Virus record (IMG/VR): IMGVR_UViG_3300028563_000020
Location: 2,143-66,142 of that record
DNA: 64,000 nucleotides
Source: a virus
Taxonomy: Duplodnaviria > Caudoviricetes
Reading direction: 5' to 3' (one strand)
Within the stretch, counting starts at the first letter, position 1; each line of letters begins with the position of its first letter. Under the pieces are notes generated by a model. It searched no databases, was not told the DNA's origin, and was given only the letters and a program-made list of their open reading frames with translations. The translations under genes and the position numbers were made by a program. Below, one piece after another: positions 41,584-51,872 of the stretch.

Positions 41584-41928
41584 ATGAATAACTACAAAAT
41601 TACAAACATAACTAACCAATTAGGTAAAAGAGATGCTAATTTTAATTCAATATTAGATATTGACTATATTGATGGAATGACAAAGAAAGTCTTTAAATTG
41701 ATGCCTAACCAGACTGTTTTTATGAAATTAGTATCATTACCCATATCTGTTCATAAAATGAGAATTAGAAATTTTGTAATTGTACAAGAAGTTAATGATG
41801 CAACTGTATTAGCTGAAATAAACAAATATGTTGTTGTAAATAATGTAGTACCTGTTACTCATGTTGAAGAATCTGAAGAATCAAAACAAGAAAGAAAAAC
41901 TCGTAAAAATAAAAATAATAATGAATAA
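41584..41928 (+). CDS. hypothetical protein
   Basis: Late motif upstream. Confidence 0.6.
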   Translation: MNNYKITNITNQLGKRDANFNSILDIDYIDGMTKKVFKLMPNQTVFMKLVSLPISVHKMRIRNFVIVQEVNDATVLAEINKYVVVNNVVPVTHVEESEESKQERKTRKNKNNNE

Positions 41929-41967
41929 TTAAGCTTTCATAATTTTCCATATATATCTCCTTTTTTA

Positions 41968-42004
41968 AGCCCATAAAAAAATAAAAAATTTTTATGGGTT
42001 TTTT
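41968..42004 (+). terminator. intrinsic terminator
   Basis: CCCATAAAAA...TTTTTATGGG stem then T-run. Confidence 0.6.
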
Positions 42005-42075
42005 CATTTTTATTAATCTTTTATAAATTTTTATACTATTTATAAAAAAATATAATATTTAATAAAATTTTATAA

Positions 42076-42351
42076 ATGGATAGAAAATATAGAAAGGCAA
42101 ATGTAAGTATTGAAACAGAAAATAATATTGTTAATGATTTTAAAAATGGGGTGATATTATCAAATTTAGAAGCAAAATATCCACATAATAGACAAACAAT
42201 TAGAAATATTTTATTTAAGCATAATCTAATTGATAGTCCTTTGCCTAAAAGAAAGTGTTATTTTAGAGGTAGTGATCCAGCAAGAAAAGAATTAATGGAA
42301 ATGCTAGGAAATTTTATGATTTTATATATAAAGACGCTACAATGTTTCTAA
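42076..42351 (+). CDS. small HTH-like protein
   Basis: IVNDFKNG...LEAKY...RQTIRNIL. Confidence 0.4.
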   Translation: MDRKYRKANVSIETENNIVNDFKNGVILSNLEAKYPHNRQTIRNILFKHNLIDSPLPKRKCYFRGSDPARKELMEMLGNFMILYIKTLQCF

Positions 42352-42410
42352 AGAGAAAAAAAGAAAAATTTGAATTAATACTTAATAAATAATTAAAATA
42401 ATAAATAAAA

Positions 42411-43769
42411 ATGAACAAAAAGAAAATATTATTTTACTGTCAAGATGTCGCAGGAGTAGCTTATTTTAGAATCACAACCCCTATGGTTGAATTAGAAAGA
42501 AATCATAGTGATGAATTTCATTGCGATATTGAAAAAAGTTTAGATTTTAATGATCCTAATCTTATTGAAAAATTAAAACAATATGATATTATTCATTATC
42601 ATCGTCAACTGGCTCCAACAGTGCCACAAATGCTTAAAATAGCTAAAGAGCTTAAGGAAGCAGGTGTAGTATTAGTTGTTGATATTGATGATTACTGGCA
42701 TTTGGATAAAAAGCATCCAATGTATGGTTTATCTATAGAACATAAAATGCATCAGGAAATAACAGATAATCTTAAGATTGCTGATTATGTAACTACAACA
42801 ACAGAATTATTTGCTGAAGAAATTAAGAAAATAACTGGTAAAGATAATGTAATTGTATTATATAATTCTATTAATCCTGATTGGATGAAGCAATTTAGTG
42901 ATAATAGAAAACCAGATCCTGATGGTTTAGTAAGAATATCTTACATGGGCGGATCTAGTCATTTAGGTGATTTACAGCAACTTGAAGGTGTTATTAATAT
43001 GCTTGAGGCAGATGTTGAAACCAAAGGTAAGTATAAGATCAATCTTATTGGTTGGGATTCTAATGGTACAACCCAGGAAGTTGTATTTAATCAAGAATTA
43101 ATGAAAGATTTACAGAGTCGTAATCTTTGGGATCAAAAAATGATTGATTTTATTAATAAATGTAAGGGTGATATTGATAAGATTCCTATTATGCCTAGTG
43201 ATCTTAAAACATTATATAAAGGAAAAATATTTACTGTTAATCAAAGACAAATTAAGGCTGATGAATCTGTTTATTATCAATATGAAAAAATATTAACCGA
43301 TAATTATAAATTATTAAAGGATGATAATTATAAACGTTGGTTACAAAATTTTCAACGATTAAATTATCCAGGTAAACAATATTTTTCAAGAATTTGGACA
43401 CGTCCTGCCAATACTTATGCTGAAAGTCTTGATCAAACAGATATTGTTTTAGCTCCATTGGACGACAATAAATTTAATCGAATGAAATCGAATCTCAAAC
43501 AAACTGAGTGTTGGTCTAGGAAATTGCCAATAGTATGCAGTGACATGGCTCCATATAATGTACACGGAAAAAACAATGAAAACTGTATATTAATTAAAAC
43601 AGAAAAAAATACAAGAGATTGGAAAAATGCTTTAAAAAAATTAATTTTAGATCAAACACTAAGAGATAGACTTGGTAATCAGTTATATGAAGATTTTAAA
43701 GAAAAGTATCATCTTACAAATGTTACTAAGAAAAGAGCAGAATTTTATAGTGAAATAACGAATAAATAA
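42411..43769 (+). CDS. glycosyltransferase (GT-B, GT4-like)
   Basis: DIDDYW, ADYVTTTT, GGSSHLGDL, DIVLAPL...FNRMKSNLK...PIVCSD. Confidence 0.8.
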   Translation: MNKKKILFYCQDVAGVAYFRITTPMVELERNHSDEFHCDIEKSLDFNDPNLIEKLKQYDIIHYHRQLAPTVPQMLKIAKELKEAGVVLVVDIDDYWHLDKKHPMYGLSIEHKMHQEITDNLKIADYVTTTTELFAEEIKKITGKDNVIVLYNSINPDWMKQFSDNRKPDPDGLVRISYMGGSSHLGDLQQLEGVINMLEADVETKGKYKINLIGWDSNGTTQEVVFNQELMKDLQSRNLWDQKMIDFINKCKGDIDKIPIMPSDLKTLYKGKIFTVNQRQIKADESVYYQYEKILTDNYKLLKDDNYKRWLQNFQRLNYPGKQYFSRIWTRPANTYAESLDQTDIVLAPLDDNKFNRMKSNLKQTECWSRKLPIVCSDMAPYNVHGKNNENCILIKTEKNTRDWKNALKKLILDQTLRDRLGNQLYEDFKEKYHLTNVTKKRAEFYSEITNK

Positions 43770-43860
43770 TAATATGGTTTAAGGTTATTGCTTGAAAAAT
43801 ATACTTAAATTTCAGGTTATAACTATTTATAAAAAATAATTAAAATTAATAAAATATATA

Positions 43861-44745
43861 ATGAAAAAACTAATAAATAAGTTAATAAGATTTTTCAGTA
43901 ATAAAATCTTTTTTATAAATAAAAATAATGATGATAATTTAAAAAGAATTGAGAAACTAGAAGCAGAACTCTTTAAATTAAAACAAGCATCATTTAATGA
44001 TATTAACGTAAATATTTCAGATTTTTTAAAATCAAAAGAAAGTAGATACAATAATATGATGAAAAATATTATTGATAGCTGTATTAAAATGAATAATCAT
44101 TATAAAACACAAAGAAGTAATTCTTTAAATATTATAACAGAAAAAAACATATATAACGATATTAAAAATTTAATCCATCAAATTAGCTGTAGTAATGATA
44201 ATTATTCATTGTTTTTAATATATAGAGATATAGATAGTTTAATTTCTAATTATAATAAAGAATATAAAGAAATTTGCAGAGAATTAAAAGGTATTACTAA
44301 TGAAATTAAATGTTTTAATAATGTTTTTAATAAAAATTTTAAATCATTTAAAAAACTTTTTAAATTGAATAAGAAATATGATATTAATAAACATCATAAA
44401 ACAATTATTTCTATTATAAAAATAAATGAATTATGGGATAAAGAGAGAGTTTTTAATGCTAAAAAAAATAATTATCAATACATATTTGAAAATTTGGTTA
44501 ATATAACAAACACTAAAAATTCAAGCAAATATGATGTTGCTATTGAACTTAAAAAAATATTTAATAAAGTAATGGGAAAAACATACATTCCAGACCATAT
44601 GGTTGTTAAATTAGATTCTGTTAATGAAAATGATATTAATTCATTTGTTAAAGAGAAAATAAATAATGATGAAACATGTATTAAAGGACTCTCACATGAA
44701 TTATTAAAGAAAGAAATCGAAAAACGTAAAAATGAAATAGAATAA
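43861..44745 (+). CDS. hypothetical protein
   Basis: 294-aa ORF. Confidence 0.55.
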   Translation: MKKLINKLIRFFSNKIFFINKNNDDNLKRIEKLEAELFKLKQASFNDINVNISDFLKSKESRYNNMMKNIIDSCIKMNNHYKTQRSNSLNIITEKNIYNDIKNLIHQISCSNDNYSLFLIYRDIDSLISNYNKEYKEICRELKGITNEIKCFNNVFNKNFKSFKKLFKLNKKYDINKHHKTIISIIKINELWDKERVFNAKKNNYQYIFENLVNITNTKNSSKYDVAIELKKIFNKVMGKTYIPDHMVVKLDSVNENDINSFVKEKINNDETCIKGLSHELLKKEIEKRKNEIE

Positions 44746-44746
44746 C

Positions 44747-45652
44747 ATGATAAAAATCCTTAAAAACCTTTACATCTGGCTTTATATCCGTATTCATAGT
44801 ATATTTATGAATATTGGTATTATTTTATCTAGATCTGAAGATCAAGTATTCAGAGTTGATCCAGATATTAGTGAAAAAAATAAAATGAATTATAATAAAT
44901 CGCATAAGATTCCATTTATAAATCATATGCATCAAGGACAAAAAGATGAAAAGTATGCTAGAGATTATTATGAAATCCTAAAAAAAAGCGAAACTTTTTT
45001 GAGAAAATCTACGTCTAATCGCATTGCTCAAGTTGCTGATAGATTTTCAATGTCATTAGGTCAAGAAGATTTAAGCGGTATAAAACATGATCATTTTGGA
45101 TTTTTTGACGAGAATCATAAGCACTATGGTAAAACATTAGAAGAAGTTTTACAATTAGAACTTGAAGAACGTAAACTTAAAGATGATAATAATCTTGAAG
45201 TATTATATGTATTCAATAATAAGCCTATTGATATTGGTTTAAGCAAAGCATGGCATGATCATATTATAGAGACTGAGGAAGACAATTATATTGGGCTTAC
45301 TGAAGCACAAAAAGCTCTTAAACGTAAATTCCCAATGATTGTTGAACGTGATGTTGAAACTAGTAATAAAATTGAACAATTAACAGAAATTGTTTATGTT
45401 AAAAGACTTGATGATACAAATAGAATATTTGAATTTTTCATTCCTAAGAAATATAAATTATATGAACAAGATGAAAACGATAGTATTATATTTAAACAAA
45501 TAATAAATTTTAAAAGATTTTGGTTTATAGATGAATATGGTCAAAAAATAGGATTTACTATAAATGAATATCAAAATCATATAGTTGATTTTAATGATCA
45601 ATATGAAATATTAATATTTTCAGGTATTCAAATAATTGAAATGGGTAATTAA
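44747..45652 (+). CDS. hypothetical protein
   Basis: 301-aa ORF, coupled to upstream gene. Confidence 0.6.
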   Translation: MIKILKNLYIWLYIRIHSIFMNIGIILSRSEDQVFRVDPDISEKNKMNYNKSHKIPFINHMHQGQKDEKYARDYYEILKKSETFLRKSTSNRIAQVADRFSMSLGQEDLSGIKHDHFGFFDENHKHYGKTLEEVLQLELEERKLKDDNNLEVLYVFNNKPIDIGLSKAWHDHIIETEEDNYIGLTEAQKALKRKFPMIVERDVETSNKIEQLTEIVYVKRLDDTNRIFEFFIPKKYKLYEQDENDSIIFKQIINFKRFWFIDEYGQKIGFTINEYQNHIVDFNDQYEILIFSGIQIIEMGN

Positions 45653-45860
45653 TAATTAAATCGTTTTTCGTCTATTAATCTAACGTTTATATCAAAATTA
45701 AATATATTATTTACATAATTCCCACCTATTTTTTTTCATATTTATATGATTTACAATTAATTATGAAATAAAACAATAAATTGATTTTTTTATGTTGGTG
45801 ATTTTTTGGTATTTATATTAAAATAATAATAAATAATATAAAAACTAAAAAATTAAAATT

Positions 45861-47141
45861 ATGGATCAATTTATTAGAATTGACTGGCAACCAAGTCCAT
45901 CACCTATTTCTGGATATAATGTATATCGTGGTAATTCTGATGGCAACGTATCAAATATTCCACTTAACAATTTTCCAATAACGGATACATTTTATGAGGA
46001 TCATACAATATTTTCCGGTCAAATATATTCTTATGTGGTTACTGCTGTTTTTAATGGAGTAGAAAGTAGTAGTTCATTAGAAATATTTACTGAACCTATT
46101 GCATTTGTAAATTCACCGTCACCATTAAGTTTAAATGCATTTGCTGGATTTGGATTATTGGCTGCTTCTACAATCACTAATGTTCCTGGAACTAATTCAA
46201 AAATTACTGGTGATGTTGGTGTATTTCCTGGATCATCTATTACAGGATTTGAATCTGTAAGAATTTCTGGTTCATTCCATTTAGCAGATTATGTAGCTGC
46301 CGCAGCACAAAATTCAATAACAACTGCTTTTACTTCAGGTATGAGTCTTTCTGGTGTAACTATTCCAGCAGATTTAGGTGGATTAAGATTAACTCCAGGA
46401 GTTTACTCAAACACTACTTCAGTTGGAATTACAGGAACATTAATATTAGATGGTGAAGGTAACCCAAATTCAAGTTGGGTTTTCAAAGTAGGCACAACAT
46501 TAATAACTGCGGCTGCAAATAGCCACGTTGTTTTAGTTGGTGGTGCTCAAGCAACTAACATTACTTGGTTAGTTGGTTCATCAGCAACAATTGGTGTAGA
46601 TACAAGTTTTGCTGGAAATATTATAGCACTTGCATCTATAACAGTTAATACTGGTGCTTGTGTTTCTGGTAGATTAGGTGCAAGAACAGGAGCAATCACA
46701 TTAGATGATAATTCTATTATTATATATGGTTCTTGTTTCCAAGCATTACCACCATCACCACCAAATGTGCCACCATCACCACCGCTTGCGCCAACAGGTG
46801 TTACAATTAATGATAGAAATGCTGATGGTATTAGTAATAACGCACCAATGTTGCCAATAGTTTTCACAACAGAAATTACGAGTATTATATCTATTAGTGC
46901 TGTTGGTGGTGGTAATATAACATTTAATGGTTATGCACCAGTTATTTCTCGTGGTGTAGCATTTGCTACTTCGCCTAGTCCTACTGTATTAAGTACGAAC
47001 GATGGTTCTGGCGATGGTGTTTTTGTTAGTTCTATTAATGGATTATTGCCAAGCACAACGTATTATGTTAGAGCATATGCAATAAATTCTGCTGGAATAG
47101 CTTATGGTAATGAAGTAGTTTTCACAACATTACCAGCATAA
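45861..47141 (+). CDS. FnIII + DUF3494 ice-binding-domain + FnIII protein
   Basis: ITGDVGVFPGSSITGF, DLGGLRLTPGVY, LDGEGNPNSSWVF, WLVGSSATIG, FAGNIIALASIT, GAITLDDN; flanking GYNVYR and LLPSTTYYVRAYAINSAG. Confidence 0.85.
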   Translation: MDQFIRIDWQPSPSPISGYNVYRGNSDGNVSNIPLNNFPITDTFYEDHTIFSGQIYSYVVTAVFNGVESSSSLEIFTEPIAFVNSPSPLSLNAFAGFGLLAASTITNVPGTNSKITGDVGVFPGSSITGFESVRISGSFHLADYVAAAAQNSITTAFTSGMSLSGVTIPADLGGLRLTPGVYSNTTSVGITGTLILDGEGNPNSSWVFKVGTTLITAAANSHVVLVGGAQATNITWLVGSSATIGVDTSFAGNIIALASITVNTGACVSGRLGARTGAITLDDNSIIIYGSCFQALPPSPPNVPPSPPLAPTGVTINDRNADGISNNAPMLPIVFTTEITSIISISAVGGGNITFNGYAPVISRGVAFATSPSPTVLSTNDGSGDGVFVSSINGLLPSTTYYVRAYAINSAGIAYGNEVVFTTLPA

Positions 47142-47146
47142 TAAAT

Positions 47147-47186
47147 TATAAATCATCACGATTATTATTAATCGTGATGATTTATA
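47147..47186. repeat. perfect 18-bp inverted repeat
   Basis: TATAAATCATCACGATTA-ttat-TAATCGTGATGATTTATA. Confidence 0.85.
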
Positions 47187-47222
47187 TCAAAAAATAAAAA
47201 TTATCTTTTAAAAAATAAAAAT

Positions 47223-48311
47223 ATGGTTTCAATTTTTAAGAAATTAAAAATAGCAAATAATGCAACTGTAACAGCTACATTATTTAATAAATTAATGGAC
47301 GCTTTTGATGGTGGCGTGGATGGTATTTTTTTTACCACGCCTATTCGTTATTCTACCAGTTATGGCATATCAGCCCAACCAGGAGGTGGCCAAACACATG
47401 CAACAAGATTGCTTACAGAAATAAATAATGTAGATATCGTTAGAACAAACGGAGATAGTGTAAAATTAATGTCAGCACTACAAGGATATTCTATTACAGT
47501 AAAAAATACTGGTCTAAATAATTTATCAGTTTATCCATATGAGTTAGATAGTATTGATGATGAATTAGTTAATGTTCCAGTAACAATGTTGCCAGAAGAA
47601 ACAAGAGTTTTTAAGGCTATTAGTGATTCTAGATGGGAAAGTATGCAAAACATTACCCCTGTTTCAAGTGGAAGTACATCATTAACTCCATCGGTATATA
47701 GTCTACAATCTGCCTCAAAATTTGCACTTCTTACACGTGGTACAATTACAATTAGTAATCCAAAATTAATGATTCCTAAAGGAGATTCTGGTGAAACTAC
47801 ACTAACACCCACAAGTGGTATAACATTTATGAATGGTTCTAATAGGGGGTTAAGTATAACTGCCTCAACTGCTTCAAATAATCTATATAATCAATTAGTT
47901 GTTTTAAGTGGCCATACTTTTGGTGCTGTAAATTTAGAAACTGTAAATGTTGGGTATGGTACTGGAAGATTTACATCAGGTGTTTATATTGGAACAACTG
48001 GTATAGTAACTGCTGCTTCACAAATAATTACATTAGTTGGAGATGGTGATTATGTATTCATAAGTCAAGGTGCAATGACATTAGGTGCAACAACAACAAT
48101 ATTACTGACTCATGGTGCTCAAGCAAATAGAGTATATTGGGTATCAGTTGGTGCTATTACTACAGGGGCAGTTAATGTTCTTAAAGGAAACTTTATAACA
48201 ACAGCAGCAATTAATATTGGTGCTACAAATGATATTGAAGGAAGACTTTTATCAACATTGACAGCAGCTATTACGATAAATGGTACGGCTACTAATATTT
48301 ATTTACCGTAA
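47223..48311 (+). CDS. protein with C-terminal DUF3494 ice-binding domain
   Basis: FTSGVY, GDYVF, LLTHGAQANRVYW, LKGNFI, IEGRLLS. Confidence 0.75.
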   Translation: MVSIFKKLKIANNATVTATLFNKLMDAFDGGVDGIFFTTPIRYSTSYGISAQPGGGQTHATRLLTEINNVDIVRTNGDSVKLMSALQGYSITVKNTGLNNLSVYPYELDSIDDELVNVPVTMLPEETRVFKAISDSRWESMQNITPVSSGSTSLTPSVYSLQSASKFALLTRGTITISNPKLMIPKGDSGETTLTPTSGITFMNGSNRGLSITASTASNNLYNQLVVLSGHTFGAVNLETVNVGYGTGRFTSGVYIGTTGIVTAASQIITLVGDGDYVFISQGAMTLGATTTILLTHGAQANRVYWVSVGAITTGAVNVLKGNFITTAAINIGATNDIEGRLLSTLTAAITINGTATNIYLP

Positions 48312-48323
48312 TAATTCATTAAT

Positions 48324-48602
48324 ATGAAAAATACTAAACAATCATTAAAAATAAATGAAGAGAATGATATTACGCTTTGGTCTTATGATACAAAGCGTAA
48401 TAAATTATTAATAGTTAATGATTCAATATTATTAATTAAAAAAATTAATGAGAATAAACCTATAAATTTATATTTAGGAAAAAAGATGATAAATCTTCAT
48501 AATGAATATAGATTTCCACTTGCTCAGCTTATGGATGCCACTCAAGAAAACATTAATATTGCATATCAATTTTTGATTTTTTTATCTAAAATAAAAAAAT
48601 AA
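48324..48602 (+). CDS. hypothetical protein
   Basis: 92-aa ORF. Confidence 0.45.
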   Translation: MKNTKQSLKINEENDITLWSYDTKRNKLLIVNDSILLIKKINENKPINLYLGKKMINLHNEYRFPLAQLMDATQENINIAYQFLIFLSKIKK

Positions 48603-48695
48603 TTGATATTTATGAGCTTTTATTGATATGGTATTAATTAATTATTAATACCATATATTATATAATATAAAAACATATTTAAAATAAACAATATT

Positions 48696-50381
48696 ATGGA
48701 TAATATAATTATTGATTATAAAAAACAACTTAATATTAGTCTATTTGCTAGTATAAACGTAAGCGCATTACAATGTGTTACTACATGGATAACAATTGGT
48801 TCAACAGTACAGAATGTTGTTCGCACAACATTATCTGATAATATACCAAAGATAATTATACCAACACCTGTCATAAATTTTAGTAGACAATTAAGTTATT
48901 TAAAAGTTAATAATTATGATAATGTTAGTGCAATAATTTTAATTAATATAGGTGATGTTGATATTACTAACTATAATATGAATATTATTAATGTTTTACT
49001 TTCACCTAAAGATATATTATTTTATAATGTTAAAGATGGTTTTTTTATTATAGATTCTAATGGTAAATCGAAAAATATTCAAAATAATGTCGAAATAATT
49101 TCTACATCAGTATATACTAGTGGTGCGACCAATAATTCATTAGATCATTATACTAAATTAGAAACAAATTCATTAATTAATACTAAATTAGACAAAACAA
49201 TATTTAATACTTTTACTGGAACAAGCACCAATACAAATATTAATAATAAGTTAGATAAAAGTATATTTAATACGTATAGTGCAAGTACTTTAACTAACAT
49301 TAATAATAGATTATTAAAGACTGTATTTAATATTTTTACTGGAACAACTAATATTAATAATAAATTAGATAAAAGTGTATTTAATTCTTTTACTGGAGTA
49401 ACTAATTTTATAATTAATGGTATTGAACAAGATATAATTCATATTAGTGGAATTACTAGTACTAAATTAAACAAAACTGATTTTAATACTTTTACTGGAA
49501 CGAGTAATACGTTAATTAATAACAAATTATCAACAAATACGTTTAATATATATAGTGCAAGTACTTTAACTAATATTAATAATAAATTAGATAAAAGTGT
49601 ATTTAATTCTTTTACTGGAACAACACTACCTGCAAATTATTATAATAAAGCACAAATTAATGTTTATACTGGTGTAACCAATACTAATATTAATACTAGA
49701 TTATCAACTAGTATATTCAATAGTTATAGTGCAAGTACTTTAACAAACATCAATAATAGATTATTAAAAACAACATTTAATACGTATAGTGGTGTAACTA
49801 ATTCGCTAATTAGTACTAAATTAGATAAAAATATTTTTAATAGTTATAGTGGTATCACATTAACTAATATTAATTCCAGACTATTAAAAACTGATTTTAA
49901 TATATATACTGGAACAACTAACAATATTTATGTAAAAGCAGCATACGGAGCTTTATATGAAAGTACTTCGGGAGGAACTGTTGTATCAGTAAGTAATGCT
50001 GGATATACTGGTTGGATAACTGCTGTTTCTGTTAATCATTTATTAACTACATTTACAGATAATGCAACTGCTGATAGAATAACCATTTCAAATGGAGGCT
50101 CTGGCACTTATCATATTGTTGCAGTCGTTTCTGCTAAATACTCAAGTGCTGTCCCAATTTATCATATGAGTATTTTTAAAAATGATGCTCTATTAACATC
50201 TCTTCAAAGTTATGTGTCTCCAGCCAATGCAACAGATAGATATACTTTCACGGCTAATTCTCAAGTGTCTGGAGTAGTTGCTGGTGATTTTTTTGATGTT
50301 AGATTTAATAGTAATAATGCAACGCCAAGAAATATAACTATATTTGACATAACATTTAATATGAGTAGAATAAGTACCTAA
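48696..50381 (+). CDS. fibre-like protein with tandem KLDKSVFNxYTG repeats
   Basis: About a dozen degenerate ~19-aa repeats followed by a C1q/TNF-like beta-rich C-terminus. Confidence 0.65.
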   Translation: MDNIIIDYKKQLNISLFASINVSALQCVTTWITIGSTVQNVVRTTLSDNIPKIIIPTPVINFSRQLSYLKVNNYDNVSAIILINIGDVDITNYNMNIINVLLSPKDILFYNVKDGFFIIDSNGKSKNIQNNVEIISTSVYTSGATNNSLDHYTKLETNSLINTKLDKTIFNTFTGTSTNTNINNKLDKSIFNTYSASTLTNINNRLLKTVFNIFTGTTNINNKLDKSVFNSFTGVTNFIINGIEQDIIHISGITSTKLNKTDFNTFTGTSNTLINNKLSTNTFNIYSASTLTNINNKLDKSVFNSFTGTTLPANYYNKAQINVYTGVTNTNINTRLSTSIFNSYSASTLTNINNRLLKTTFNTYSGVTNSLISTKLDKNIFNSYSGITLTNINSRLLKTDFNIYTGTTNNIYVKAAYGALYESTSGGTVVSVSNAGYTGWITAVSVNHLLTTFTDNATADRITISNGGSGTYHIVAVVSAKYSSAVPIYHMSIFKNDALLTSLQSYVSPANATDRYTFTANSQVSGVVAGDFFDVRFNSNNATPRNITIFDITFNMSRIST

Positions 50382-50429
50382 AAATAAAATATATATTTAA
50401 TAAATATATAGATAAAAAAGTTTCAGTGT

Positions 50430-50957
50430 ATGATATTGACAATAAAAAATATGAGAAGTAAATCAGCTATTATATATGTAAAAAATATTTTAAAAAAATT
50501 ACATCTAAACTATATTACGGTTGAGCTTGGTAAAATTGAAATTGTCGAAGAATTAGAATGTAAAATGTTAAATAAATTTAATACCCTTCTAAAATATGCT
50601 GAACTTGAATTAGTAGAAGATAAGGAAATAATTATAGTGGAACAAATAAAATTAATTATATTTGAATTAATACAAATTAATAAATTACCAAATTATACTT
50701 TTTCTATTTTTATAAGCAAAAAATTAGGAAAAAAATATAGTTATTTGTCTAAAATATTTTCAAAACAATGTAATATTAATATTAAAGAATATATTAATCA
50801 AATAAAAGTAGCAAGAATAAAACAATATATTCAAGAAGACAAATTAACCATGTCTGAAATTTCTAATAAAATGCATTTTAGTAGCCTATCTCATTTATCA
50901 TATATGTTTAAAAAAGTAACTAATATGACACCTACACAATTTAAGAATAATATATAA
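50430..50957 (+). CDS. AraC-family transcription regulator (Bacteroidota type)
   Basis: YSYLSKIFS...LTMSEISNKMHFSSLSHLSYMFKKVTNMTPTQF. Confidence 0.85.
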   Translation: MILTIKNMRSKSAIIYVKNILKKLHLNYITVELGKIEIVEELECKMLNKFNTLLKYAELELVEDKEIIIVEQIKLIIFELIQINKLPNYTFSIFISKKLGKKYSYLSKIFSKQCNINIKEYINQIKVARIKQYIQEDKLTMSEISNKMHFSSLSHLSYMFKKVTNMTPTQFKNNI

Positions 50958-51068
50958 GAATTGCTTATATATTTTATTTTTTCAATTTAATATAAAATTT
51001 TTTCATAATTAATAAATAATACTTGTTTAATTGAAAATTATTCGTTATGTTTGTACTTTATTAAAAGT

Positions 51069-51446
51069 ATGAAAAATAATAATTCAGTAATCATATCAAC
51101 ATTTTTAACAAATTTCATTGCTTATTGGGATTATAGAGGTATTTGTCATCAATCAAATAGTCATTATTATGAAACTCAGTGGGAATGGAATCAAACATTG
51201 AGTACAAAAATCAATCAAATTTCTGCTAAAATATACGAAAAGTCTAGAAAATCTGGTATTAAAACAATACAAGTTCCTAATAAATATAGAAGCTTATTAG
51301 AAAGTCTAGACTATTATTCTAATGGCAATAATGATCAAAATTTTGATGCTACTTTAAGTGGTAGATATAATATTAAATATGTTGATGATGGTAATGATAT
51401 TATCATTGATAGTGTAGGTATATTAAAAATATTAGGCTTCGAATAA
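51069..51446 (+). CDS. major-capsid-fragment-like protein (central region)
   Basis: WDYRG...TQWEWNQTLSTKINQISAKI...TLSGRY resembles T4-like gp23 of Bacteroidota jumbo phages (from recall). Confidence 0.55.
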   Translation: MKNNNSVIISTFLTNFIAYWDYRGICHQSNSHYYETQWEWNQTLSTKINQISAKIYEKSRKSGIKTIQVPNKYRSLLESLDYYSNGNNDQNFDATLSGRYNIKYVDDGNDIIIDSVGILKILGFE

Positions 51447-51447
51447 C

Positions 51448-51858
51448 ATGATAGGAGTAAATAAAAGCACGTTTTTGTATTATGAATTAGTTGGACAGAC
51501 TAATAAAATTGTTAATACATGGACTAAGATTGGATTACTAGATGGATTAAGTAAACGTAAAAGTATTAAATGCGCTATTTATCTCGAAGAATGTTTTATT
51601 CATTTAATATCAACTGGAAATAATAATGCAGAAAGAATAAATAATTTTAATGCGATGTTATTTCCAGTTATTCGTAGAGTTATAACTGGAATAAGATTAA
51701 ATATAGATTTTAATATTTTTAGTATGACTCAAGAATTTTTTAGATATTATACAAATAATATATCTAAATTTTATGAAGTACAAAACATGGACGTTGAAGC
51801 TGAACTATGCTCAGATTTTTCAAAATGTTACATCAAAAAATTAAATAAAAATAACTAA
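51448..51858 (+). CDS. major-capsid N-terminal-fragment-like protein
   Basis: WTKIGLLDGL...AIYLE...LFPVIRRV resembles the gp23 N-terminal region (from recall). Confidence 0.55.
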   Translation: MIGVNKSTFLYYELVGQTNKIVNTWTKIGLLDGLSKRKSIKCAIYLEECFIHLISTGNNNAERINNFNAMLFPVIRRVITGIRLNIDFNIFSMTQEFFRYYTNNISKFYEVQNMDVEAELCSDFSKCYIKKLNKNN

Positions 51859-51872
51859 ATTAATATACAATT

